Assembly: GCA_038496445.1 (NCBI GenBank) | Contig: JALMLS010000598.1 | Span: forward strand, 124,001 to 188,000 | Direction: 5' to 3' | Source: Trichosphaerium sp. ATCC 40318 | Taxonomy: Eukaryota; Protista; Tubulinea | DNA: 64,000 nucleotides | Shown here: positions 24,004-39,528 of the stretch, piece by piece | Layout of the letters: each line of letters opens with the position of its first letter | Numbering within the stretch: the stretch's first letter is position 1 | Position numbers and translations under genes: made by a program | Notes under the pieces: generated by a model | Databases searched by the model: none | The model's input: the letters and a program-made list of their open reading frames with translations, nothing else | What the model was told of the DNA's origin: nothing

Positions 24004-25449
24004 CTACTTTTTCAGGCTCCATTTTTTTTTCTTTTTTTTCTTTGGCTTTTGTTCTTCTTGGCACATCTTCTTCCAGTATTCTCTTGTAACACATACCATT
24101 ACCTCATCAATATTTATTCTATCCTTCGCTGATGTTTCAAAAAACGGTATACCATACTCATCAGCCAGTGCTATTGTTAAGTTTTGGTAAGTGCGCTTAA
24201 GAAACGTTTTATGTACCTTTTCCTTCTTCATAGCTAACTTCTCTGTTATCTTCTAAATCACACTTGTTTCCTATACATACCGCAGGTATCTGCATGGTAT
24301 TTTTAGCAATATATGGATGTAATAGTAAGGTTGTCGTCAGTACCTTGTCAAAATTGTCTGTATCTTTGACTTTCAAGACACACGGGAAATAATCACTTTT
24401 GCAGTCATTAAAAGATGTCTTACTCGTAATAGAATATCCTATAACAAAGCAATCGTGATCTTGAACCCATTGTGCCCTCATAGAGCTATACTAGAGGATT
24501 TAAGTACAAGATGAAATCATAAAACAGGTACACAATATACCTCTTCTTGACCGGCTGTATCCAAAATATCAAACATAACAACAATATCATCAACTCTATA
24601 CTGCTTTCTTTATAATAAAAAGACATGTCAACCCGTGTACCAATACACCACTGTACCTGTATGACTACAAACAAAGTTACGTTTAAACACGTGAAAAAAA
24701 AAAGTAGCAAATGAATGATCGAACATTCGCTTTAAAAGTCTAATAACAAACCGTACATCTTCAATTGTTGGATCATAGTCTGTTACCTACATAATATTGA
24801 CTAAGCTATTTTGTTGAAATAATTATAAGATGCACGTGCGAATCTATTTGCAACAAATTGTATAACAAACGCAGACTTATTCCCAGTACCTAACAAATGT
24901 AAGGAAATAGCTACAGATCATTTTAAATTTGTCTTTTGAAAATCACGTGTTTTACAACGAGACTCACAAGTTCGGTAAAATTAGGGTTTTGTCGTTGATG
25001 AGATCAAAAAGGCGCTGTGACATATTGAAGTGGTAGACACGATAGTCTGAAAATAGTGTTTGACCAAAATCATTTGAAGTTGTGTTTTTGGACGAGTATT
25101 CTTGGCGTACCTCCACTTCCTAAAAAACAAACTTTGATTTCCTGATGATCTCGCTTCACTCTCTTTCTTATCGTCAACTTCTACTCGTGATATCATAATT
25201 AGGTCCAATAAGCGCTTGTAACAAGTTTACGGCCAAAAAGCGTTACAACTTTGTTATTTTATTAAAAACACGAACCTTTTGCGTCGCCACGTATTTTGTA
25301 AGCTCGTTGAGGTGTTTACTGACAAGCATTGTTGAACTAAGCTGTTTCTTGCCACATTGAATTAAAACATTAGCCAGTACTTCATTAGGCATCTGTAGTA
25401 GTAGGGAAGTTGGTTTGCTGCCTTTACCAGGCATTTGCTTGTTGCCCAT
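24004..25449 (-). CDS. F-box-like domain fused to a Ras-family small GTPase
   Basis: MGNK (myristoylation-type start), LLQMPNEVLANVL; spliced IKVCFLGSGGTGNKS, YDPTIED, ILDTAGQEE, GNKCDL, ETSAK; polybasic tail with no CaaX. Confidence 0.85.
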
Positions 25450-25534
25450 AACAATCCAAATGTGCTCCTCGCAGCTGCTACAAACCGTACGAATTTATGT
25501 CCAAATTTGTCAATAGTATTCAAATAATAAGTAT

Positions 25535-26789
25535 TAATAGTACCACATTCAAACCTTCGTGAACTGCTATTTGTACTGATAATGCCAAGTGTTCATTTAT
25601 TTCCATTTCCTTTGGTAAAAGGAAATGATTGTGGGTTTTCTAGCATGTTCAGAAGGATTGCCATGTCGGCTTTGACCTTGGGTTCAACAATAACCTAGTT
25701 GCTAGTTGTTCCTACATTATTTATTCGCTGTCTTATACTTTACAAGTTGTGCTTCCTTGCTCAATATCTTGTTCCATTTCTTTCTGCCTTGCTAACTTTT
25801 TGCCCTCATGCAGTAAGTATGCCTTCACAATGTTCTTATTATACTAGTCGTTATTAGATAGACAGGTGGTAATATTTATTAATGTGGCAAAAATCAGCCG
25901 ACTGCTGAACCAAAAAAAGTCAAAAAGTTGTTTTCAATGTACCATGTTACTCCTGAAGAAGAAATCAAATATATCTCCTAATGCTGGTATACTATACATT
26001 GTTAAATTGACAAATATTATAAGTATAAACAATTAACATACGTTCCAACAAGCCAATCAAGAAAAATATAAGTAATCATTTTTGTACAATTCCAACACCC
26101 AACGCCCTTTTCAATAATAAGAACTATGCATAAACTTCATACGTACAATCAGCATAGCTTGAACAAATATAAATAAACTTATTGCCATTGTAATAAAATC
26201 ACCAACTGCTGGTAGTAGTAAACCGAGAATTGGATCTGTTAACAAACTGTTAGAAAAAAAAAAAAGTAATGTACTTTTACCTAGTCCAACACCACAGCAC
26301 ATACAATCACCGTCTGTAAAATCATCCTGCAGCTATTAGAATTACGCCATTTTATACAAACATACCAAAAGGTTTGCTATATACTTTATAGACTTGTATC
26401 TGAGCTGAGTTGACTTTGGAAACCTATTCTTGGATTAGTTTTACTAAAGTCAAAAACTGGCCATAATTACTTACAGGTGCAAATATTCCTTTAACTTCGC
26501 TTCCTTCTTCGTTTCATCTGATTGTTTTTCTGTATTACTTAGATCTTTTAATTCGACCTTGTCTTTTTTTGTTTTCTTCACACTCTTCGGAGTTGTTTTA
26601 ACAACAATTACATAAACGGAATAGAACTTACTTTGTTTTTATGCTTTTTCGTGCTCATCATATGGTGTTTATGCAAATCAGTAAGCTAAAATAATACTAC
26701 AAACACGTTACTTAACTCCTTCTTCAGTGAAACCGAGTACTAACGTGTGCACTCATACGATCGTTCACGTAACCTGAATTTGTCTTCAT
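25535..26789 (-). CDS. DUF4112 membrane protein (multi-exon)
   Basis: GLDPILGLLLPAVGDFI, FLDWLVG..IPALGDIFDFFFRSN; ends approximate. Confidence 0.75.
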
Positions 26790-27529
26790 AAGTCGCGGTA
26801 AAAAGACCAATGAAAACTACAAGCAGAATAAAAAAACTACAACAAAAATGCGTAATGCTTAATCGTGGTAATGTTCGGGTGGGGGAAATGTCGAGATTGA
26901 GATGATGATATTACGTTGCTAAGCTTCTACAATTGGGCAGTATTTCAAGCGTTACTTTTCGCGAATCATCGTGGGATGTATATCGCAATAAATCACGTGG
27001 CTCGGTAGTACAGTTCGGGTCTTTAGTATCAAACAACTGTTGAGAACCACCTTTCATTCTTCTTTTTTTTGTATGAGCTTTAATCACGTTACTATTTTGG
27101 CTTTTCACAAACACGTAACAATTCATGATTTGACCACCCTTAAAGAGTAACGGTATCAAACAGCAGTACTTCAGAAGTTTTTCAGACGGTATTCAAATGA
27201 CTGAGGTTTTACTAATTGTCGCCTTGCAATGGCCAAAAGGCTAAAGTTTGAGACAACAAGAAAATGAGGATTTCTGAAATATGGATGGACACAAATTTCA
27301 GGATGTATTGGAGATTTAAGAAAGCACAAAACTGTCAAGCTCTGCACTTACTTAAGTGTAAATCTTATGTGAGCATAATAAACAGTTTATCAATGGAGGT
27401 ACTGCGCTATTGCTTTCTTAGTTAAATTGTTATACCACACTGTGCTACCGCAAATTACAAGCGACACTTTATTTTCAATTCTAAATGAAAAGTCGCAAGT
27501 TTCTTAATTATTTTTATCAAACAAAATCA

Positions 27530-29230
27530 AATAATATTTAACCTGGAATTGTTGAGTTCACAGGTTCGCTTAGGCTAACCATTTTAAAATGCTGAGGTGA
27601 GTTTTCCGGAAGTTGAGTCATAGACTGGCACACAAGTTCAAAATATATGTGTTTATCTAAGCATCTGTTTTTTCGTATTATTGTACAACAAATAAATTTT
27701 TTTGAAGCCCAATCAAGTGCCTACAATAATACGCCAGTTGAGTAAAAGTACATGTACTCAAAATATATATTAGTACCTTTGTTTAGATCTTTTAGATCTA
27801 TCATAAAACTTTGACCAATCCCACAAGTGTTGAGGATGTAACCTTTGTTAATCTTAGTTTCTACAAACTATATTAAAAAAAAAAGAAAGTTTCTTACTTT
27901 GTTAGAACATGAGGAAAGTAAGGCAGTAATCCGCCCCCAGACTGAGCTGATATCTGAAATTGAGACACGTTATACCTATACCAATGCATTTAGTACAAAA
28001 GCAATATTTGCGTCATTACCAATCACTAGGTGAGTGTATACCAAGCGTATTCTCAACGACTCTAAGAAACGACATTACATTTTTTTGATTATGCCAGTAA
28101 TAACGTGGATTTATCTTTAAAGGCTTTGTCTTAATTTGTCTACACCTATCGCATAGCGATAAGTAACATAAAAGACATAACCGAGAGTGTACTTGAAGTG
28201 ATGGTCTTTCCACTTGAAATCTGGATAAAGCTTTCGTAACACTGCTTTGTATGTTCCATATCTATCAATAACGATTAAAAACATCTCAATTGTCGGCACC
28301 CCTTGTACATACTTTGATAGTATTTGTTGTGCACCATTATCAGCAAGAGCTTGAGCATTATGTTTATACCAACCATTTATAGCTGTAACATTTAAGTCCA
28401 TGGCAATTTCGTCAAGTTTTTTTTTTTGATTAGAAATATCATCCCAATGATGCCTTGGTACATGCCTATCAAGCTCGATTACTACCTCTGACTAATTGCA
28501 ATGTAAATAACATACTTGAAGTGTTGTGGTATCCATGTATGCTTTGGATATAGCGTAGAAAGCGCAGTGTACATAGAATCGTTGTATCTACAAGAAAGGT
28601 CAAAGAAAGAGGTAATAAAAAAAAAGTTTGTTAAATTGTCTTCACGTGACGTACTTAGATAATACACTTGAGCCTCCCTTGGCAATGGCCTTCGACTTGA
28701 CGATCGTATACCAATCGTTAAGAGTCTTAACACCAAGATGAAACGCCACTTTGTTGAATTGCGTCCGTTGGTTATCAAGGTTGTTCCAGTGACTCCTTAG
28801 ATGTAGTTTATTCGCGTAATCAAGGTAACCATGTGTTCTAGGAGCCCATTCTGGGTAAAGTGACGCTATTACATGATCTAGCGAGCCATTGTGTCTGAGT
28901 TTTCCAAAAGTCAACAATTAAATGCGTTTAAGCTAGTTGGCAATAGCGAGGATGGAAAGTTTTGGCGTAGAAAGAATTTTAAACGTACTGTGTAAGCAAA
29001 TAGTTGCCACCCGCTTCAACAAGCTTCTTATTCGTTACACCGTTCCACTGCCGCGATTTGGTTATATTAAGGGCTGTAGCTATCTGTACACCAAACAATC
29101 GCTTCTGTTTTTCGCGCTTTGTTTCCCAAAAGCTCCTCCTGGGTATCGTTTTAACTACAACAGTATTGTTTTAATAAAAGGTAATGGTTGTAATTTGTGA
29201 CAAAAGAAAGCCCTTCATACCAGCCATAGC
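27530..29230 (-). CDS. ~75-aa W-rich helical repeat protein (paralogue of 45645-49075, no nuclease domain seen)
   Basis: Repeats such as HWNNLDNQRTQFNKVAFHLGVKTLNDWYTI..GGSSVLSKYNDSMYTALSTLYPKHTW; start and end not resolved. Confidence 0.7.
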
Positions 29231-29436
29231 TTCATCTTTTAGCGATACGAGCTACTACCGGCTTACAAAATAAGTAAAAAAAACGACTTTCATGACATTC
29301 GTTTGACCGCCGCCTAGACCCTTTCCATGACTCTTTCTATACAAAATCTATAACGTCCAGCCACCCCTAGCTTACTTATAGTTATCAAAGAACGTTATTG
29401 GAATCTCCTAATGCGAGCTTTCTACTTTTGAACGAC

Positions 29437-31974
29437 ATGCCCACACGTGTATTATTGGCACTGTTGTGCCTGGTGATAGCTTCCAAAGCTACCTTGAGTA
29501 ACCAGCCGTTGCAGTGCGCTGTTTTGCCTCCTACGCACCCATGTAGTTTCCATAACACTTCAGACGCTGTTATACTCTCTGAACCGCTCATTGTGTTACC
29601 TTTAAACTACACTTTCGACACTCTTCACAATAAGTTCCTGGAGAACTTAAAAAGCATATCACACGCTTCTTTTGTATCACAGGAGTACGTTTAAACAACT
29701 TTCGACCAATAAAAGAAATAAACACTCTTTAGGTGTGGTAAACTCGCCAAAGAGGTGGCGTGTAAGCTTATATTTAGCCCAGGATGCAGTAAAGGCGCAC
29801 CGTTGCTGTTAAGACCTTGTAACTCAACATGTCACAAACTCATTTCGGCGTGCTCTGATATTTGGCAGCACGCGCCTAATTTAAAGCCTGATTGTGACAG
29901 ATATGATTTAATAGGTGGTAAGCTAAAAAAAATTGCATCGATACACATGTATTGCACGGTGCACTGCCGGACGATTACTTTCTAACATTTTTTTTCTGAC
30001 ACTAGCGATAAAGATTCAGCGTTTTGCGAGCGATGCACAGTGTAATAAACGTGGTGTTTCTTTTGTGCCAAAGGATTGTGTATTTCCTTACTCTTGGGAT
30101 GACGTAGATCAAAAATGTGGGTTATCTTGTCCACTGTTGAGCACGTGTCAAACCGAAAAAGCTGTACGATTTTTTTACATCTACTTGGGTTTAATTCTTT
30201 GTAGATAAACTATTTTGCTACACCGATTTTTGCTGTTTTGGGATTTGTTATTTTTGGTATACAATTGTTGAGTACTTCAAAGCAGTCTTTAGCGCAAACA
30301 CTGATGACAATAAGCAACTGGTACACACGGAATGAAAGTCAGAAGTGAATCTAAAATAAACAAAATTGGATTAGTGCTCACGTGTTTTTAGGTGCTTTTT
30401 GATTACAGTTATAATGTTTGCTTCTGTTCCAGCCTTTGGATGGGATAATTTAAATTGTAGAAACTCTGGTAGATCTATAAAATCATACGAAGCAGGAAGT
30501 TTTGCTTGTGTATTAAATGGTGAGTGCATGTGATTTGTTATGTGATTAACTTTGTATGGTAGGCACTAGCATCTTTTACTTTACTTATTTGGGCTTGAAT
30601 TTTTGGTTTGCGGGAGTATATGCGATGACATATATCATTATGGTTAAAGGAAAAGGGAAAAATCCTACGCTAATTAAATCGCACAAGTAAGAAATTTTGT
30701 TTTCATTTGCGTTGTGACACGTTTGTTGATATCTTTTTGTAGGCACTGCTGGTACTTAGTACCTTTTATTTTACCTACAATAAGTACTCTTGTTTTCTTA
30801 GCCAAAGGGGATGTAAATCCTCCGAAGTATATTTGTTTACCTGGCTGTACACGTGCGTTATTTATCATGGAAATTTTTTTTGGAAATCTCTTTTTCCTTC
30901 CGTTTACCATAAAAGGCATAAACTTAAAACTACGTTTTGTTCAATAATCACATAGTTGTCAACAGCACCATCTCATTTACATTTGATTTTACAAATAACC
31001 AAAGCACAAGTTCTGTTTTTCTCATTTTTCTTGATTGTTGATAAAAATATTGACTCATTTATGTTTAGTAACTACACCAGAACGATCGATTCGACTTATA
31101 TTCTTTGGTTTACCTGTATGTATACCACTAGCTATTGCTAGTATTTGCCTTGTATATATTGTCCGTAAAATTCGACAAGTACGTTGTTTTTGAAAAAAGT
31201 AGGATGGCAATTTCAATGACTTTTAACAAGGTCCCAGCATTTGACACTTTGTTACCCTCAAACATTTATTTTAGCTAACATTTACTTTTTCGCAATCAGG
31301 CATCAGCATTCTTAAAAACAATGATGGCAAGTAACAAAAGAGAATTACTGAAAAAATACATGCAAACACAGTTTATACTATTATATGGTTTGATTTTTAC
31401 TTGGTTGTTTACTCTTGGTATACTTCTACCTGTGCTTTACCATGAGCTTATAAACTACCAAAATTCAAAGAATAGTATGATAGAATGGATAAAATGTATG
31501 ACTGATAACAGGCATGACTGTGGTAAGTTGCGAAATGAATAATGAAGAGAACTTTCAACTATTTCTTCTTCGTCAAATCTTGCTTATGTTACACAAGGTA
31601 ATGCTCCGTCTGCATGGCCTATGGGAGTGAGTATCCTAGCTACCATAATATGGTGTACTTTATCTGTTCCTGGCACTATTCTAACTCTTGGTACGACTAT
31701 TGACATTTTTATGGTTACTTAACTATTGTTATTTTAAGTCACACCTGAATTTTGGCAAGGGTTTAGAAGACTGTGCAGCTTTTTTACGATACAAAACAAA
31801 CCTAAAAAAAACGCCAACAGTGATCGTATACATCTTGATACTTTGGGTACTGTTGAAAGCGTGGATCATAGTTATCAGGCAGTAGAAGATTCATTAGATT
31901 CAAGTGACGAAGGAGATCTGTACAGTTTATTATCTACGTCTCGTTCAAAGCCATCAAGTGAAGATACTACGTAA
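29437..31974 (+). CDS. Frizzled/Smoothened-like GPCR (CRD + 7TM)
   Basis: Signal peptide, CRD-like ACKLIF..RPCNSTCHKLISAC, multiple TM exons, EWIKC in the last extracellular loop. Confidence 0.72.
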
Positions 31975-32142
31975 CAAATGATCGTTGTAATAAATAGTTT
32001 TTGGGTAGCCAATGTGTCTTGAGGTAGAAATACATAAAACAAGAAGATGTGAACAATAAAAAAACTTTGAAAAAAACTTCTGCAGCGATTTGTTGCGTGA
32101 AAACATTGTCATCACTTGATTTAAACTACAATTATTTCGGGT

Positions 32143-33240
32143 TTATTTCGTATTATTTACACGCCTCCTTCCTCTTATAATGTGTATTGGTTCATCTCTA
32201 TAAACTTCATCATGTTCATTCAAAGGAACCTACAAAAGAAAATGTTAAAGAAAAGTTTAGAATTATTCAAAACTCCATACCTCTTTCATTTCAAATGTCT
32301 CAAATAGCTCATTCAAGAAAGGAGTATAATCTAGATACCTCTGTTCATAAACAAGAATAAGTTCAGTATGATCTGTCTTACATAAATCCCGTAAGGATTT
32401 ATTTAAAATAGGAAACAATGTGTCACAATAAAGCAAATCACAACAAACGACCATATCATATTCTTTGTCTAATTTTTTAGGTATCTCTCTACCCCTAAGA
32501 ATAAACTCAACCAACAACAACATACAGAGTACAAAAAGAATCTTCAGGCACTAGTACAGCCTCATAAAATTCATTGAATGTAAGCCAATACGTACCAAAA
32601 TAATTCATCAACTGTGACTCTGTCATTGAGACCATTAATGGAAACATTCGCTTTTAGTATCGGTAGAACTATTTCCATGTCCGTTAGAGTTACTGTTCCG
32701 CCAAGTTTCGCCATTAAATTACCAACCATACCTTAGAAAAAACGTATCAAAAATTATTGTTTGGAAATACATCAAATATTTATGAATACAGAAAGAGCTG
32801 TGGATAAAATGTGTATGTAATTATATAGATAATGGGGTTACCTGTACCGCTTCCTAACTCTATAATGTGTTTGTCGTTAAAGAATGATTCAGGAAATGCT
32901 TTTTTGTTTTCAAAGTATTTACAAAGCACAAAACTCTATATACACGCGTCAGCGAAGATTTGATTCGTTGTTTTAGGAGTATATTCGAGAAACATTAAAA
33001 GAAATAGTTTACAAAGTAGCGTACAGCGTCCCATAATCTAGCTCCAGTTCCTACGTTTATTCCTTGCTCTGGGTATTGTTTTATCTTAATATCAATACCA
33101 ATACAACTCAAACTAATCACAGGCTCCTTAGCCCACTACTTTAACGCGTAAGGTACATTTTTTAAACACTTATATGCCGAATTACCTCTGACATAGAAAC
33201 ACGCGTTAAATACTTACGCCATTCTGGCTCTTTCTACCAT
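32143..33240 (-). CDS. METTL21/Methyltransf_16-family lysine methyltransferase
   Basis: VGTGARLWDA, IIELGSGTG, VTLTD, YDMVVCCDLLY. Confidence 0.88.
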
Positions 33241-33431
33241 AAATTACTCAGTAACCATGTATGGCCATAATACGTACACGAATAGCTACAGCCTCTTCAT
33301 CTGTTGAAAACAAGGTATCAAAATCTTGATCAACAAGCACATTAAAGTGTTTAATCATGTTCACGCTGTATTACGCTACAAAATATTAACAGATTTCGTA
33401 AAAAGTCAACTCTATCCTAGCGCTTTACACG

Positions 33432-34923
33432 ATGACAGAAGCAATGGAAATCGATACACCTGAAGTTAATACCAATACCAACGCTATGAACAATAGCGCA
33501 AAGGTTATTGAAGAGTTTTCAAGTACAGTTTCGTAATGATATTGTTATTGTCTTATTAGACATTCAAGGTCAAACTTCTATCATTTGGAGCGTTTGTTGG
33601 TCACCTGATGGCAATTTATTGGCAACTTGTGGGGAAGACCGAAAAGTACACTCTATACACGTATTCATTGCTTATTAACGATTAGATTCGCTTGTGGGGT
33701 AGAGAAAATGACAAGTGGAGAGTAATGCAGCTCCTGAGCGGCCACCACACGCGTACAATACGCCGGTAAATTGTATTACCGTCATTCTAAGCTTATCTCT
33801 GTACAGAATTGCTTTTTCACCTTCTGGTAATTACATTGCGACAGCAAGCTTTGACGCTACTTGTATGGTATATAAACTCGAAGATGGCGGTATGTCTCGG
33901 AGAAATAATCATAATTTATAATTTTGACATTGGGTAGCTTATGAACCTGTTGCCACACTTGAAGGCCAAGATAACGAGTTAAAAGCAGTAACTTGGGACT
34001 CATCAGAGACTTTCCTTGCCACGTGCTCAAGAGATAAGAGCGTTTGGATATGGGAGCGTAAGCACTATTCTTCAAAAACTATTTTTTTGTATTCACAACT
34101 TTTGCTAGTTGACGAAGGTGATGATGATTTTGAGTGCGCTTCAGTACTTCAAGGACATACACAAGATGTTAAACACGTTATATTCCACCCGAGCAAATCG
34201 GTATGCATGCATTAAATGTTATACAGTTCTATCTTTGAAGCTAACTAACTTTTTTTATTTCAAGGAACTCGTTTCATGCTCATACGATAATACTGTAAAG
34301 ATATGGAAAGACACAGGAGATGATGACTGGAGTTGTGTACAAACACTTGAAGGACATACTTATACAGTATGGGCAGCAACCTATGATCCATCAGGAAACT
34401 TTTTAGGTACAAACAAAACACCTCACAAAAAACTTTCTGTTTCTACCTTGCTTGCTTTTATGAATTGCTTTTCTCCCGTGATACGTTCAACCATACTATT
34501 CTTTACGCATACATGCTAATTTCTTTCGTTTAGCGACTTGCAGTGGTGATTTATCAGTTCGTATTTGGCAAAGAAACGATAACGGAACATACATTGCTCA
34601 TGTCATGTTACCACAATGTCATACACGTCCAATAATATCAATTGACTGGAGTAAGCAAAATGTTATCGCTACATGCGCTCAGGATGACTCAATATGTTTC
34701 TATGCGAAGGTACGAAGAAAACATTTTTAAACAAAAGCAATGCTATGATTTTTCTGATTATTTTTTCTTTCTACAGAAAGACAACACTTGGGTGGGTCAT
34801 AGTCAAATCAAAAAGGCTCATAACGCTGATATTAATGCTATATCATGGAATCCTGTACAGCTTAATGTATTTGCTACTTGTAGCGATGACTTGACTGTTA
34901 AGATTTGGAATTTTTCGCTTTGA
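33432..34923 (+). CDS. CIAO1: Cytosolic Fe-S assembly WD40 protein CIAO1/Cia1
   Basis: [68 protein letters not shown]. Confidence 0.93.
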
Positions 34924-35087
34924 ATAAAAAATATGTCTTGTAACGCGTTATTTGTCATTTGTATTCTTTACAACCGCTTCCTAAGGTATTTATTTCACTC
35001 TGTAGACCAATGTCAACTTGTTTGGGTACCATTTAGTCGTGCCTTAATTAAATAGATTTAACTATCCTAACACAGGCAGCACAGTGA

Positions 35088-37533
<2,446 letters not shown>

Positions 37534-37758
37534 ACGAAAAAAAACAAATAAAAAACTTAGCAAAACTGTAATTGGGTTTACCTTGATTTTTCACTCCCTT
37601 TTTCTTAATGTCCCTGTAATATAATCTCTAATCGGAGTACTTGACTTAACAATAGTAAACGGCGATTGGTAGTATTTTTGAAGTTTACGCAGAAACGTCA
37701 TAGTTAAGCACGTGTACTGAGTATTTTTACACGCTAACACTTGAAGCCACAAACCAAA

Positions 37759-39157
37759 ATGGAACATACTCACGTTCTGCTTCTCTTCCTCGCTTTATTT
37801 ATCATTAGTTCAGACGCCGCTTGTGACTGCTGCTTACCATTTGGCAATAGTGTATATACGTGGCTTAGAGGAAACTCTTACGATACAATAAGAAAAGTGT
37901 GGGTTGATGTTTCTGGAAATGGCCATGACTCTACAGAGACAAGAGGCAATCCAAAAGTAACACCGAAGGAATATGCAAATGGTAAAATGTATTATACTGT
38001 GTCTGGTAGCATAACCGATACACTAGTATTTACAGGCGCTATAGGAGATAATATGACATTCTTCGGCATTAGCAGGTACGCACTGTCACTTAATAGTAAG
38101 ATTACAAGTCGCAGTTGAACGTTCAAGTTGTTATTAAATCCTCCCCGATGGTGGCCTACTCTTTCTTGAGCTTAAAATTATTGGTGTTGAACCTTTGTGC
38201 TTGAGAGGCAACTTAGTTCAATTGCGCACAATTTATCAAAACACGTGACAAAACTTTTCATCAGATAAACAAAAGAGTCTTGATTTGAATATGAACTAAT
38301 AATAAATTAGATATACAAGTAGTTTTAGTTCTAGACGTGCTCGAATATTTACATCTCGATCACCTACTAATTGGTATTCTGGGCATGTGAATAACTGGGC
38401 TGGGGTTGCTGGAAACGGAAGACATCCCACAAATAGTGGACCAGCTTGGCTTACTCAACAGCGAGATGTGTTTGGAAGCGATTGGGTGTTATCAGTTTCA
38501 CAACGAACAAGGTATAGAGGGAATGGTATTGACTTAACAATACCTAACATAATTGGAACAACCAAAGATACTGATCACTTTACAATAAACAACTATATGG
38601 ACACCTTTAGACAACGTTCATCATGGGAAGTCTTAGAGGTAATTGTATATGATAGAGTCCTTTCAATAGCAGAGATTGAGATGGTTGAAAGCTATTTAAA
38701 TACAAACTATGACATTGCAGAAGATATTCTTGCAGATGAAGATGAGTATGGAGATTGTTATCCAGGTATTCCTCGTCCAACAACTTTAACACCGACTACA
38801 ATTTATCCTTCTACAATACCACCAACTACTTTGTCTCCAACAAAAGCTCCAGTTCTCCCTCCTGCAAGGAATGTTGCACCCATATGTACAAGGCGCCTAA
38901 GTACACAACAGTAAACAGAACAAATAACTCACATGGATAAGGGAGTTAAAATCTCAACACAGTTTTATTTTTTTGAGCTCTTAACAAGTAGCTGTCTTTT
39001 CGTAGACATCACTTCAAATTTTTCAGCGGTACATATGAAACAGTCACCAAAAACCATTTGCGAATATAAGTACGTACATGATTTTGTTCAGCATATTCCA
39101 TGCTTTATGAGCACAGCAGCCCGAATGGCTCGAAGTTTACGGCCACGATTCCAGTAG
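37759..39157 (+). CDS. Secreted LamG/ConA-like domain protein with Pro/Thr-rich linker
   Basis: Signal peptide; WVDVSGNGHD; WEVLEVIVYDRVLSIAEIEMVESYL; PTT repeats; 3' end uncertain. Confidence 0.7.
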
Positions 39158-39528
39158 TGAAATAGTACACAAATACAATCATAAAGAGCCCAGTCCTATC
39201 AAGAAAAATAATGGAAACAAAAAATATTATTTCAGCTCAGTTTTTTACTGATGAACAAAATGGGATTTAGCTATTTCTTTTAGCCTTGGTACTCGTTGAA
39301 CAAATTTTGATTATTTGACAATGTTTCAACTTGGCTAGAATTACGTTGGACTACAGTCTGAATATCCTAAACCTATGTAGAATCTACTAAGTGAAAGGAC
39401 CAACAACACCAATGATAAGCTTTAGCAATTGTAGTCGCGAAATCAATGTAGACTAAAAGGTTTGTACTTAGAGAAGTCTAAACAAGTTGGACATAAACAG
39501 TTTTTGGTTTATTTTTTTGGTGCATTTC

